From: Candidatus Symbiobacter sp.
GTDB taxonomy: Bacteria; Pseudomonadota; Alphaproteobacteria; Elsterales; Elsteraceae
Length of the DNA: 27,420 bases
NCBI GenBank assembly: GCA_030054015.1
Contig: JASGCR010000002.1
Coordinates: forward strand, 1-27,420
Reading direction: 5' to 3'
The notes beneath the pieces are model-generated. The model was not told where the DNA came from, made no database searches, and was given only the letters and a program-made list of their open reading frames with translations. Shown in pieces: positions 1-8,951 of this stretch. Numbering within the stretch: the stretch's first letter is position 1; every line of letters begins with the position of its first letter. Made by a program: the position numbers and the translations under genes.

Positions 1-165
1 TACCCACCGCGCTGTCCGTTATTAACGGACAGCGCGAGTTGGGTAATCCCCCAGGCATTTTGGGGAACAAAACTCCTGGGGGATTCCCCGACTCGAAATA
101 TCCGTGTAACACGGATATTTCGGCGGGGAATGACGCTCCTTTTCTACGACTTACTCAGACCTTCC
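1..165. repeat. REP-like palindromic doublet (CGTC-tagged type, ends CGGGGAATGACG) followed by an IS5-like terminal repeat; left part truncated by window edge
   Basis: Stems 8-21/23-36, 46-55/75-84 and 94-106/110-122; GATTCCCCG..CGGGGAATGAC frame; GACTTACTCAGACCTTCC at 148-165 followed by TTAA. Confidence 0.75.
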
Positions 166-188
166 TTAAACAGACACAGGTGATGGTG

Positions 189-998
189 ATGAGCGATCGA
201 TTGCAACCGATATTACAGGCCACACGACAAGATTTGGTCGCCAAAAAATTATCGCGCAAATTAACCCAATTGGAATCCGACCTGGCGGCCGGCCAGGCTC
301 CGCCGCGCCGCGATTTTATCGCCAGTTTGAGGAATGGGGCCAAAAACCATCATTTGGCAGTCATAGCCGAGATTAAAAAAAATTCGCCGTCCCAAGGTGC
401 CATTAGCGGCGAAAATATGAACGTGGCCGGCCAGGCCCAGGCCTACCAGGCGGGCGGTGCCGATTGCCTGTCGATTTTGACCGAGCCGCATTATTTCAAA
501 GGCAAATTAGCCGACATGCAGGACGGGCGGGCGGCGGTTCACCTGCCGGTCTTGCGCAAAGATTTCATGGTGGACGCTTGGCAATTGGCGGAATCGCGCC
601 TGGCTGGGGCCGATTGCGCTTTGCTGATTGTCGCCGCCTTGGGGGATGAGACGGCGCCGATGCACCAGGCCGCACGTGATTATGGCCTTGATGTGCTGGT
701 CGAAGTCCACAACCAGGCCGAATTGGACATCGCGCTCAAAGCCAATGCCCAAATCATCGGGGTCAATAACCGCAATTTGACCGATTTTTCGATTGATCTG
801 GCGGTGGCGGAAAGTTTGCGCCCCCATATTCCGTCGGGTGTCATCGCCATTGCCGAGAGCGGCCTGGAAAAGGACGGAGATTATCTGCGTATGCGCGACG
901 CCGGTTATGATGCCGTGTTGGTTGGTACATCCTTGATGAAAGCGGGCGATCCGGCCTTGCGGCTGAAAAAAATCTTTGCAAGCTTGGCGGAATCATGA
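189..998 (+). CDS. trpC: Indole-3-glycerol phosphate synthase
   Basis: IAEIKKNSPSQG, LSILTEPHYFKG, LRKDF, LVEVHN, GVNNRNL, AESG motifs; start moved to ATG 189 (AGGTGA upstream) because ORF-track residues 1-50 translate the repeat. Confidence 0.95.
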   Translation: MSDRLQPILQATRQDLVAKKLSRKLTQLESDLAAGQAPPRRDFIASLRNGAKNHHLAVIAEIKKNSPSQGAISGENMNVAGQAQAYQAGGADCLSILTEPHYFKGKLADMQDGRAAVHLPVLRKDFMVDAWQLAESRLAGADCALLIVAALGDETAPMHQAARDYGLDVLVEVHNQAELDIALKANAQIIGVNNRNLTDFSIDLAVAESLRPHIPSGVIAIAESGLEKDGDYLRMRDAGYDAVLVGTSLMKAGDPALRLKKIFASLAES

Positions 999-1687
999 CC
1001 CATATAAAGTTTTGCGGTATCACCAGGGCGGAAGATGCGGTTCAGGCGGTTGATCTGGGTGTCAATGCGTTGGGGTTTAATTTCTGGCCGGGCAGCAAAC
1101 GGTTTGTCGACAGTGAAATCGCCAAAGACATCATCAAAAACCTGCCCATTTTGGTGCAATCGGTCGGGATTTTTGTCAATCAATCGGCCCTTGACATAAA
1201 GGCCATCTATGACCAATGCGGCCTTAATATTTTGCAACTTCATGGCGACGAGACCCCCGAATTTGCCCGTAATCTGCCCAAAATTCCCCTGATCCGAGCC
1301 TTTCGTCATTTGGCGATCAAACATGCGCTGGATGAATGGAAAAAGCTTCGTACAACTTTTTTGGTTGATGGCGGGGCCGAATCGATAGTGATTATCGACG
1401 AAATTTATGAACGGCTTTCCGCCAGTGAGAAAAATAACCTAACCTATGGCGGGTCGGGCAAAACGGCCGATAAGAAATTAATCGAATTTTTTGCCCCTCA
1501 CGGCAGATTTATCCTGGCGGGCGGCCTTACTCCCGCCAATGTGGGCGAGCGGATACGGAAATTCCGCCCCTTTGCCGTCGATGTGGCCAGCGGCATCGAA
1601 TCCGCCCCCGGCATCAAAGACCCTGCCAAAATGCGCGATTTTGTCGCGGCGGTGCGGGCGGCAGATCATGCGTTGTTGCGGCCATAA
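995..1687 (+). CDS. trpF: N-(5'-phosphoribosyl)anthranilate isomerase
   Basis: IKFCGIT, LQLHGDE, YGGSG, LAGGLTPANV, DVASGIE; ATGA overlap with trpC. Confidence 0.95.
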   Translation: MTHIKFCGITRAEDAVQAVDLGVNALGFNFWPGSKRFVDSEIAKDIIKNLPILVQSVGIFVNQSALDIKAIYDQCGLNILQLHGDETPEFARNLPKIPLIRAFRHLAIKHALDEWKKLRTTFLVDGGAESIVIIDEIYERLSASEKNNLTYGGSGKTADKKLIEFFAPHGRFILAGGLTPANVGERIRKFRPFAVDVASGIESAPGIKDPAKMRDFVAAVRAADHALLRP

Positions 1688-1767
1688 TTCCGCTTTTTTT
1701 AATCACTTTCCTGCGATATATTATCCCGCGTATTGAACATCGCCGTGATGGGCAGAGGGGAAAAATC

Positions 1768-1908
1768 ATGAAATTAAACGACATTGGCGGCATAGCCGCC
1801 TGGGTGATCGTTCTGACCTTTTTGGTGATCGCGGCCGATAAAATGGGCGTGATTAAATTACGCAGCGATCCGCCAGTTGCCACCGCCGCCGCGCCGGTCA
1901 AAAAATAA
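1768..1908 (+). CDS. Small single-TM protein, 46 aa (MKLNDIGGIAAWVIVLTFLVIAADKMGVIKLRSDPPVATAAAPVKK), below ORF-track cutoff
   Basis: GAGGGG upstream of ATG 1768, TAA 1906-1908, one hydrophobic stretch, fills the trpF-sdhB gap. Confidence 0.6.
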   Translation: MKLNDIGGIAAWVIVLTFLVIAADKMGVIKLRSDPPVATAAAPVKK

Positions 1909-1928
1909 ATTTTGTTCCGTTGCGTCGC

Positions 1929-2732
1929 TTACCGCTCATGCATCATCTGTTTAATCCCGGCAATCGCCTTGGCGGGGTTTAAACCCTTGGGGCAGGTGCG
2001 GGTGCAATTCATGATGGTGTGGCAGCGATAAAGTTTGAACGGATCATGCAACGCGTCCAACCGCTCGCCGGTATTTTCGTCGCGGCTGTCGGATAAAAAT
2101 CGGTACGCCTGGAGCAAAATCGCCGGCCCCAAATAGCGGTCGCCGTTCCACCAATAACTGGGGCAAGACGTCGAACAACAAAAACACAAAATACATTCCC
2201 ACAAACCGTCCAATTTGGCGCGTTCCTCTGGCGATTGGAGGCGTTCGCGTTCGGGGTCGGCACTGTGGGTTTGCAGCCAGGGTTTGGTGTCGGCATATTG
2301 GGCATAAGGAACCGACAAATCCGGAACTAAATCCTTGATCACCGGCATGTGGGGGAGCGGGTAAATCGTGACGGCGTGGCTACATTCTTCGATGGGTTTG
2401 AGGCAGGCCAGGGTGTTCACCCCGTCAATATTCATGGCGCAGGAACCGCAAATCCCCTCGCGGCAGGAACGGCGAAAGGCCAGGCTGGAATCCATCTCGC
2501 CCTTCATTTTGATCAGGGCATCCAATACCATCGGGCCGCAATCATTGACATCGAGTTCGAACGTGTCGATGCGCGGGTTGCTGCCCTCATCCGGCGACCA
2601 GCGATAAACGCGGAATTCTTGGAGTTTGACCGGTTTGGCGGATGCGCCCGCCGCGCCTTGGCGACGCGGTTTCGCGCTGTGGCGGCGGCCTTTGGTGACT
2701 TTGGAATTTTTCGGCAGGGTAAGTTCGACCAT
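1929..2732 (-). CDS. sdhB: Succinate dehydrogenase iron-sulfur subunit
   Basis: [49 protein letters not shown]; GAGG RBS. Confidence 0.98.
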   Translation of the reverse strand: MVELTLPKNSKVTKGRRHSAKPRRQGAAGASAKPVKLQEFRVYRWSPDEGSNPRIDTFELDVNDCGPMVLDALIKMKGEMDSSLAFRRSCREGICGSCAMNIDGVNTLACLKPIEECSHAVTIYPLPHMPVIKDLVPDLSVPYAQYADTKPWLQTHSADPERERLQSPEERAKLDGLWECILCFCCSTSCPSYWWNGDRYLGPAILLQAYRFLSDSRDENTGERLDALHDPFKLYRCHTIMNCTRTCPKGLNPAKAIAGIKQMMHER

Positions 2733-2775
2733 GTTAATCCTCAGGACGGTTTGCTTGATAGAGTTATGTTATGGG

Positions 2776-3474
2776 TTAAACATAATTCGGATTTAATAAC
2801 TTGTCGGTGCTGTAAACTAAATTTTCGATAAAATCGGCAACAATCTGCAACTCCGATTTATTGATGGGCAAAAGAGTATGTTCTAACGTCGTGATTGTAT
2901 CAGGTGGTTGTAAATCGGCTTGGTGAGCAATGATGTTACGACGGTCAACAATCTCTTTTAATTTTGCCTTTACTCGCCTAGATTTTTCAGACAATGGTAA
3001 AATCTCGCTTGTCTCTTGGACAAATAGTGCAGAATTTTCTTTGACTAATTCTTCCCAGAATTTTATATTTGTACAATATTTTAAATATTCTGTAATCTTA
3101 TCTGGTTGTTGCAAAGTCTGTCCCTGTAAAAACTCACGCACTTCAAGTTCAAAATATTTTACAGTATTTATGACGAAGACATCGAATTTTGTCGAATCAG
3201 CCCGATCAATCATTGAACCCAAGGTTCCTAGGGAAATTTTGAAATCCGAAAATTTATCTGTAGGTGAAATTTTTCCGAGATATATCATAACCATGCGGTC
3301 AAGGATAATTTCATGAAAATATAAATCCAACGCACTGACTCGCGCCACCCATTCCCATCTTAATAATTCATCGGGTTGCAAGGCGGTGCTGTAATTATTG
3401 GTTAAAAAACTATGGAGAGCAGAAACGTGATTGCACCTATCCCATGCGTCCTTGAATAAAATCAGTGCAGACAT
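2776..3474 (-). CDS. HEPN-domain protein, putative RNase (RiboL-PSP/MAE_18760-like by recollection of motif pattern)
   Basis: C-terminal RRNIIAH (Rx4H) at 2923-2943; N-terminal LLRWEWVARVSALDLYFHE helix; AT-rich (22/60 GC in 3001-3060). Confidence 0.75.
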   Translation of the reverse strand: MSALILFKDAWDRCNHVSALHSFLTNNYSTALQPDELLRWEWVARVSALDLYFHEIILDRMVMIYLGKISPTDKFSDFKISLGTLGSMIDRADSTKFDVFVINTVKYFELEVREFLQGQTLQQPDKITEYLKYCTNIKFWEELVKENSALFVQETSEILPLSEKSRRVKAKLKEIVDRRNIIAHQADLQPPDTITTLEHTLLPINKSELQIVADFIENLVYSTDKLLNPNYV

Positions 3475-3504
3475 GGCCTAATTCTCGCCTTAGATTGACG
3501 GCTA

Positions 3505-4572
3505 TTAAGCCGCCTTTGATGATTCTGAGGTGTTATGACGGCATTCTGAGAGGGCAAATATTTTATTTGCTAAAGTTTTGTATAAGTCATAATATTCTTG
3601 AATATTTCCTTCATTCGTTATAGCGCGTGTACCAGTTCCCTTTGCGTCGGGCGGCAAGCAAAATATCGGCACATTTTCTTCATGCGATTTTGCCATTAGG
3701 CTCTTAAAATCTTTTGCTTGGACGATAGATTCCGATGGGTCTATTCCCATGACTTTTTTAAATACATCGATATCCAACATGTGGTGGTCGCGCATTTTCG
3801 GTACAAACTTGTCTTTCATAGCCTGATTTATCCATTTTTGAAACAACACTGAAGCCTCCATACTATAAGGCTGGAAACGGGATATAATTGCACCAGCAAA
3901 TTGGACATGGGGGGGTAGAAACGGATAAGTTGCTTCGCGCAAGATATTCGTTTGACTGGCCTTTTCAGCCCATTTTTTCCAATTGGGCAAAGCCTTAGAC
4001 AGTGAATTAATTGCCATAGCCGAAAAATAATCTGGCTGCATCGGCACGATGAAATAATCCGAAGTCATGATGATATTCATATTAATTGGACTTAGGCTGG
4101 GGTTTAAATCAACCAAAACATAATCAATGTTATATTTTTCTGCCGTGCGATCAATCATATACTTCAAAGAACCTGGTATGTTTTTTAATACAATCAATTC
4201 ATGCCCCAATTGCTGGGCCAAGCCCAAAGTAGCCTCATACTGTGCCATTTCCAGGTGACCAGGCAGAATAAATAAATTTGGCTGCTTATCAATTTGTACA
4301 CATTCGGCCCCGGAAATAAGCACTGGCTGGCATTCAAAAGCCGGGGCTAAGGCATCCCTAACATTATTTGCCGGCTTGGCTGTGTAAAATTGCTCTAGAT
4401 CATCGATTTCCTTAAATTTCAGTGTAAGGCCGGTTAAATTACATTGCGGATCAAAATCCACCAACAAGACACGCTTTCCTAATTCCGCCATCATCCAGCC
4501 CAGGCTGAACACCGTGGTGGTTTTGCCGACTCCACCTTTGTGATTAAAAAAACTAATGATTTTTGCCATCAT
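3505..4572 (-). CDS. ParA/Soj-family ATPase (non-partition type)
   Basis: FFNHKGGVGKTT deviant Walker A, LVDFDPQCNLT, YVLVDLNPSL, SDYFIVP; GAGAGGAG upstream of ATG 4572/4569; no parB adjacent. Confidence 0.9.
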   Translation of the reverse strand: MMAKIISFFNHKGGVGKTTTVFSLGWMMAELGKRVLLVDFDPQCNLTGLTLKFKEIDDLEQFYTAKPANNVRDALAPAFECQPVLISGAECVQIDKQPNLFILPGHLEMAQYEATLGLAQQLGHELIVLKNIPGSLKYMIDRTAEKYNIDYVLVDLNPSLSPINMNIIMTSDYFIVPMQPDYFSAMAINSLSKALPNWKKWAEKASQTNILREATYPFLPPHVQFAGAIISRFQPYSMEASVLFQKWINQAMKDKFVPKMRDHHMLDIDVFKKVMGIDPSESIVQAKDFKSLMAKSHEENVPIFCLPPDAKGTGTRAITNEGNIQEYYDLYKTLANKIFALSECRHNTSESSKAA

Positions 4573-4674
4573 CCGAACTCCTCTCGCCATATATCACTTG
4601 AAATGACATCTCGCCAACACTTCGCCTAAAATAACACATAGATGCGCAAATAAAGATGGAAATTCTGACTCGAC

Positions 4675-6495
4675 TTAATACACCCTCGGCTTGGGCGGGA
4701 TATACTCAACCTCATCCGTCAGGGTATAATTATGCACCGGACGTGATCCCAAACGCGGCGATTTAACGTCGCCGCCAGCGACGGCACCCGCCACCGCGCC
4801 ATCATGCCAGGCCAGGCTGTGGATCATCCATTTTTCGTCGTCGCGGTTCGGGAAATCCTCACGCGAATGCGCCCCGCGGCTTTCGGTGCGGTTATGGGCA
4901 CAGGCCAGGGTGACCTCGGCTTGCGCCAACAGATTGTCATATTCCAAGGCCTCAACCAAATCGCTGTTCCAGATCAAAGATCGATCGCTAATCCCCAATT
5001 CACGGCTGTCGCTGCGAATTTCTGCCACGGCATGGATGCCCTCGGCGATAAATTTGCCATCGCGGAACACGGCGCAATGGGTTTGCATGGCGCGTTGCAA
5101 CCGCAGCCGCAATTCCGCCGTGCCGTATTTCCCCGCCGCCTGGCGGTGGCGGTCAAACCGCGCCAGGGCCTGGTCGGTGGCATCTTTGGCAAGCGGTTTA
5201 TGCGCCGCCCCCGGTTTGATCAATTCGGCGGTACGCAGGGCGGCGGCGCGACCAAACACCACCAAATCGACCAATGAATTGGTGCCAAGCCGATTCGCCC
5301 CATGCACCGAGACACAAGCCGCCTCGCCAATCGCCATAAGGCCAGGACAGACCGCATCGGGGTCGCTGGCGGTGGGGCGGAGGGCCTCGGCGTGATAATT
5401 GGTGGGTACCCCGCCCATATTGTAATGGACGGTCGGCAATACCGGAATCGGCTCGCGCGTCACATCCACGCCGGCGAAAATTTTGGCGGTCTCGGAAATG
5501 CCGGGTAATTTTTCATGCAAAGTGGCGGCGGGCAAATGTTCCAAATGCAGGAAAATATGGTCTTTTAACGGCCCGACGCCGCGGCCTTCATTGATTTCGA
5601 CCGTCATGGCGCGGCTTACGACATCGCGCGAGGCCAAATCCTTAGCCGATGGCGCGTATCTTTCCATGAAACGCTCCCCCGCCGAGTTGGTGAGATAACC
5701 GCCCTCCCCCCGCGTGCCTTCGGTGATTAAACAGCCCGCGCCGTAAATACCGGTGGGATGGAATTGGACAAATTCCATGTCTTGTAACGGCAAACCCGCC
5801 CGCAACGCCATGGCATTGCCGTCGCCGGTACAAGTATGGGCAGAGGTACAGGAAAAATAGGCGCGGCCATAACCACCAGTGGCCAAAACGGTCTGATGCC
5901 CACGGAACAAATGCAGAGAACCATCTTCCAGGCACCAGGCCAATACGCCAACGCACGACCCATCGGCAGACATGACCAAATCCAGGGCGATATATTCGAC
6001 GAAGAACTCGGCTTGGTGTTTCAAAGATTGTTGATACAAAGTATGCAATATCGCATGACCGGTGCGGTCGGCGGCAGCACAGGCGCGGGAGACCAATTTT
6101 TTGCCATAATCCGCCGTGTGGCCGCCAAACGGGCGTTGATAAATTTTGCCATCTGGGGTGCGGCTAAAGGGTACGCCAAAATGCTCTAACTCAATCACGG
6201 CCGGGATGGCGTTGCGGCAGAGATATTCAATCGCATCTTGGTCGCCGAGCCAATCCGAACCTTTGACCGTGTCATACATGTGGAACCGCCAATTATCCTC
6301 TTCCATATTGCCGAGGGCGGCCCCAATCCCGCCTTGGGCGGCGACGGTATGGCTGCGGGTGGGGAAAACCTTGGTGATACAGGCGGTGCGAAACCCACTC
6401 GCACTCATGCCCAGGGTGGCGCGTAAGCCGGCCCCGCCCGCCCCGACAATAACCACGTCGTAATGATGTTCGGTAATTTGATAGGATGGCGACAT
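4675..6495 (-). CDS. sdhA: Succinate dehydrogenase flavoprotein subunit
   Basis: [42 protein letters not shown]. Confidence 0.99.
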   Translation of the reverse strand: MSPSYQITEHHYDVVIVGAGGAGLRATLGMSASGFRTACITKVFPTRSHTVAAQGGIGAALGNMEEDNWRFHMYDTVKGSDWLGDQDAIEYLCRNAIPAVIELEHFGVPFSRTPDGKIYQRPFGGHTADYGKKLVSRACAAADRTGHAILHTLYQQSLKHQAEFFVEYIALDLVMSADGSCVGVLAWCLEDGSLHLFRGHQTVLATGGYGRAYFSCTSAHTCTGDGNAMALRAGLPLQDMEFVQFHPTGIYGAGCLITEGTRGEGGYLTNSAGERFMERYAPSAKDLASRDVVSRAMTVEINEGRGVGPLKDHIFLHLEHLPAATLHEKLPGISETAKIFAGVDVTREPIPVLPTVHYNMGGVPTNYHAEALRPTASDPDAVCPGLMAIGEAACVSVHGANRLGTNSLVDLVVFGRAAALRTAELIKPGAAHKPLAKDATDQALARFDRHRQAAGKYGTAELRLRLQRAMQTHCAVFRDGKFIAEGIHAVAEIRSDSRELGISDRSLIWNSDLVEALEYDNLLAQAEVTLACAHNRTESRGAHSREDFPNRDDEKWMIHSLAWHDGAVAGAVAGGDVKSPRLGSRPVHNYTLTDEVEYIPPKPRVY

Positions 6496-6562
6496 GTTTG
6501 GTCCGTGTCCGTCACAGGTTAAAAATTATAAAGACGCGCGCCGCTTGTTTAACCCAGCCTGA

Positions 6563-6979
6563 TTAGGATAAATACAAACGCACCAGGGCAAAGACCGAGA
6601 CAATGCCAAACCCGCCAAAGCCAGCAAAAGTGATCAGCAACAAGAAGGAACGCCATTTCACATTGGCGATGTAATCTTTATAGATCGTCTCTAACCCCAA
6701 ATAAGCATGATAATAGGCAAAGACGAAAAACACCATCATGCCGATGGCGACGCTGGGCCGATGCAGCGACGCGATAAATTGATCATACCCCTGGACGCAA
6801 TTGGCAACAATCACGGTGACCAACCACACGACCAAGGGAACCATAATAATCGCAGTCAGGCGTTGCATTTGCCAATGATGCAGGCCATGACCAGAGGCCC
6901 CGCGGTTGCGATGCTGGCGAAAGCCAGGCGACAGGCTGGCGGCGGGCGAAGATTTCTCAGCGGATCGGTCGAACGACAT
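6563..6979 (-). CDS. sdhD: Succinate dehydrogenase membrane anchor
   Basis: GASGHGLHHWQMQRLTA, YHAYLGLETIYKDY; GGAGG RBS; operon position. Confidence 0.92.
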   Translation of the reverse strand: MSFDRSAEKSSPAASLSPGFRQHRNRGASGHGLHHWQMQRLTAIIMVPLVVWLVTVIVANCVQGYDQFIASLHRPSVAIGMMVFFVFAYYHAYLGLETIYKDYIANVKWRSFLLLITFAGFGGFGIVSVFALVRLYLS

Positions 6980-7025
6980 GATTTCCTCCCTGGGCGATGC
7001 GTTTTAGCCGTCAAAGCAAAATTTA

Positions 7026-7451
7026 TTAGACATCCAACGGTATGACCCTAAAGGCAACGAGCCAGGTCAGGATTGACAAGACCAGACTCGCCCCGACCAC
7101 GAGATAACCGCTGCGATAGGTCGATGTTAGACTAAATCCATAGCCCGCATCCCAAAATAAATGTCGCACCCCATTGCATAAATGATAATACAAAGCCAGA
7201 GTCCAGCCAAATAATCCAAATTGGACAAAGATGTTCGCGGCGATGCGTTGCACCAGGGCGTATGATTCGGGGCCACTCGCCAAAGCAACCACAATGAACG
7301 TCAAGAAAACCGTCCCAACCGACAATGCGATGCCCGCCAGGCGATGAAGGATCGACATGACCGAGGTCAATTGCCAGCGATAAATCTGTAAATGCGGCGA
7401 CAAAGGGCGGTTGCTGTTGGCAAGCTTGGTGCTGTGACTGTGTGATGACAT
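7026..7451 (-). CDS. sdhC: Succinate dehydrogenase cytochrome b556 subunit
   Basis: RPLSPHLQIYRWQLTSVMSILHR, HLCNGVRHLFWDAG. Confidence 0.96.
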   Translation of the reverse strand: MSSHSHSTKLANSNRPLSPHLQIYRWQLTSVMSILHRLAGIALSVGTVFLTFIVVALASGPESYALVQRIAANIFVQFGLFGWTLALYYHLCNGVRHLFWDAGYGFSLTSTYRSGYLVVGASLVLSILTWLVAFRVIPLDV

Positions 7452-7507
7452 AAGGCGGTTCCATGGGGATAAATTTTAACGGGAATTTAGCGGTCTTATA
7501 GCCATTT

Positions 7508-7537
7508 TTCCGTAGGGAGGGACGGGCATAAAGCGAA
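7508..7537 (-). repeat. Degenerate relic of the intergenic element end upstream of sdhC
   Basis: Minus strand TTCGCTTTATGCCCGTCCCTCCCTACGGAA aligns 25/31 (one gap) with TTCGCCTTTATGCCCCCCCCTTTCTAAGGAA at 18871-18901. Confidence 0.4.
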
Positions 7538-7542
7538 CTCCA

Positions 7543-7574
7543 TTTATAACCTAACTTTATAACAATTTTATAAA
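7543..7574. promoter_or_regulatory. Direct-repeat candidate operator in AT-rich sdhC upstream region
   Basis: TTTATAAC at 7543-7550 and 7556-7563, TTTATAAA at 7567-7574. Confidence 0.3.
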
Positions 7575-7692
7575 ACCGCGAGGTTAAATTGAACGATTAT
7601 TTAAGCGCGCCTTCCATAAAACCTTGAAAAATAAAAATCAAGTTGAAAAAAAATATACTTACAATTTAATTTTTTGGCACAAAGTCGCAAAA

Positions 7693-8643
7693 CTAATCTG
7701 ACATAATCGCCTGGCATTGTAGCATCATCGCCGCGGCCAGGGGTGAAAAAGGTTCGCGTTCGGCAATCACCCAACCAATTTCATGTTTCAGGCTTGGCAA
7801 GACCAAGCTTGCGCTTAAAATCCCGTCGGGCCGGCCGATTTCGCTGAGCCAAGCGCGTGGCACAATCGTGGCACCACAATCTTGGCGCACCGCCCCGACC
7901 AGGGCGGATAAATTATCGGCCTCGAAGACCACATGCGGCGAAACGCCGCAACTGCGAAAGGCCGCGTCAATAATGCGGCGATTCTGCATGGATGAATCAA
8001 GCAGGCACAGGGGGTAATTCGCGGCATCGGCCCAGCCTATTGCGCCGCAACCAAGGGGATCGGAGCGATGGGGGTCGCGCCCCCCTTTCTGCCCCGTTTT
8101 TTGCCAATTATTATCCCCCTCGACGCGCGACTGCCGCAGCAACAGAAAATATTCTTCATAAAATAATTTTGCGCTGCGCACATCAGAAAGCGGCTCGTTA
8201 TCGAGATAGGTCAAACCAAGATCGAGATCAAAATTATGCAGGCCGCGCTCAATATCGATGGACGACATCGAACTGATTTTAAGGGTGACATTGGGGTGGC
8301 TGGCGCAAAACGGGGCGGTGATTTTCCCCAATAATGGCAGAACGGTCGGGATCGCCCCGATGCGAATTTGCCCAACAAGCCCCTGGCGCAAGGCCCCAAT
8401 TTCTTGCTCCAAACTCGACAATTCCGCCAAAACCCGCTTGGCATAGGTCAATAAAGTATGGCCGGCTGCGGTAAAGCCTTGGAATCGCTGCCCGCGTTCA
8501 ACCAAGGGGGTACCCATCTCGGCCTCTAATTGGCGCAAGGCGGCGGACAGGCTGGGTTGGGTCACTTTGCAGGCCTGGGCCGCCCGCGCGAAATGTTTCT
8601 CCCGCTCAAGGGCCACCATAAATTGCAATTGGCGAATCAGCAT
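7693..8643 (-). CDS. LysR-family transcriptional regulator
   Basis: HTH RQLQFMVALEREKHFARAAQACKVTQPSLSAALRQLE, substrate-binding domain; probable start ATG 8643 (ORF track 8679 is an alternative). Confidence 0.93.
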   Translation of the reverse strand: MLIRQLQFMVALEREKHFARAAQACKVTQPSLSAALRQLEAEMGTPLVERGQRFQGFTAAGHTLLTYAKRVLAELSSLEQEIGALRQGLVGQIRIGAIPTVLPLLGKITAPFCASHPNVTLKISSMSSIDIERGLHNFDLDLGLTYLDNEPLSDVRSAKLFYEEYFLLLRQSRVEGDNNWQKTGQKGGRDPHRSDPLGCGAIGWADAANYPLCLLDSSMQNRRIIDAAFRSCGVSPHVVFEADNLSALVGAVRQDCGATIVPRAWLSEIGRPDGILSASLVLPSLKHEIGWVIAEREPFSPLAAAMMLQCQAIMSD

Positions 8644-8697
8644 TTTTTCCGTTCCCTCTTTCTCGGCGGTTAAGAGCATGGTTCAAAATTAATGTTA

Positions 8698-8951
8698 TAC
8701 TCCGAGTCCTTGAAAATTCGCCTTTATGACCCCCCCTTCCTGCTTAGGAAGGGGGGGATAGCTCCGCTTAGGGCGAAGCCCTTAGCGGAGCTAGGGGGGG
8801 TTGGTGATGTTAAGAATCTATTAATATAATCAATATATTACACCAACCCCCCCAAGAAAAGCTACGTCGCCTGCTTCGCAGTCGCCTAGCTTTTCTATCC
8901 CCCCCTTCCTAAGCAGGAAGGGGGGGTCTAAAAGACTTATTCCGACCTTCC
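8698..8951. mobile_element. Composite non-autonomous element: TA-flanked outer terminus + C7/G7 REP-like doublet with IHF consensus + IS5-like TIR
   Basis: TA|TACTCCGAGTCC at 8696; hairpins 8730-8757 and 8899-8926 in inverted orientation; AATCAATATATTA 8828-8840; GACTTATTCCGACCTTCC 8934-8951 then TTAA. Confidence 0.75.

Noticed and set aside
39-188. N-terminal extension of TrpC in the ORF track
   Set aside because: Translates repeat DNA; homology and RBS point to ATG 189
4588-4617. TTGGCG-N18-TATATG internal promoter for parA
   Set aside because: Weak match, and the predicted start would clip the RBS
4672-4689. GACTTAATACACCCTCGG at the sdhA stop as a TIR bounding the ParA-HEPN insert
   Set aside because: Only 11/18 to consensus, mostly sdhA coding sequence (KPRVY*), no partner at the other boundary
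8747-8800. G-quadruplex from paired G7 tracts
   Set aside because: Each tract has a complementary C tract in a competing hairpin; nothing in the sequence favours G4
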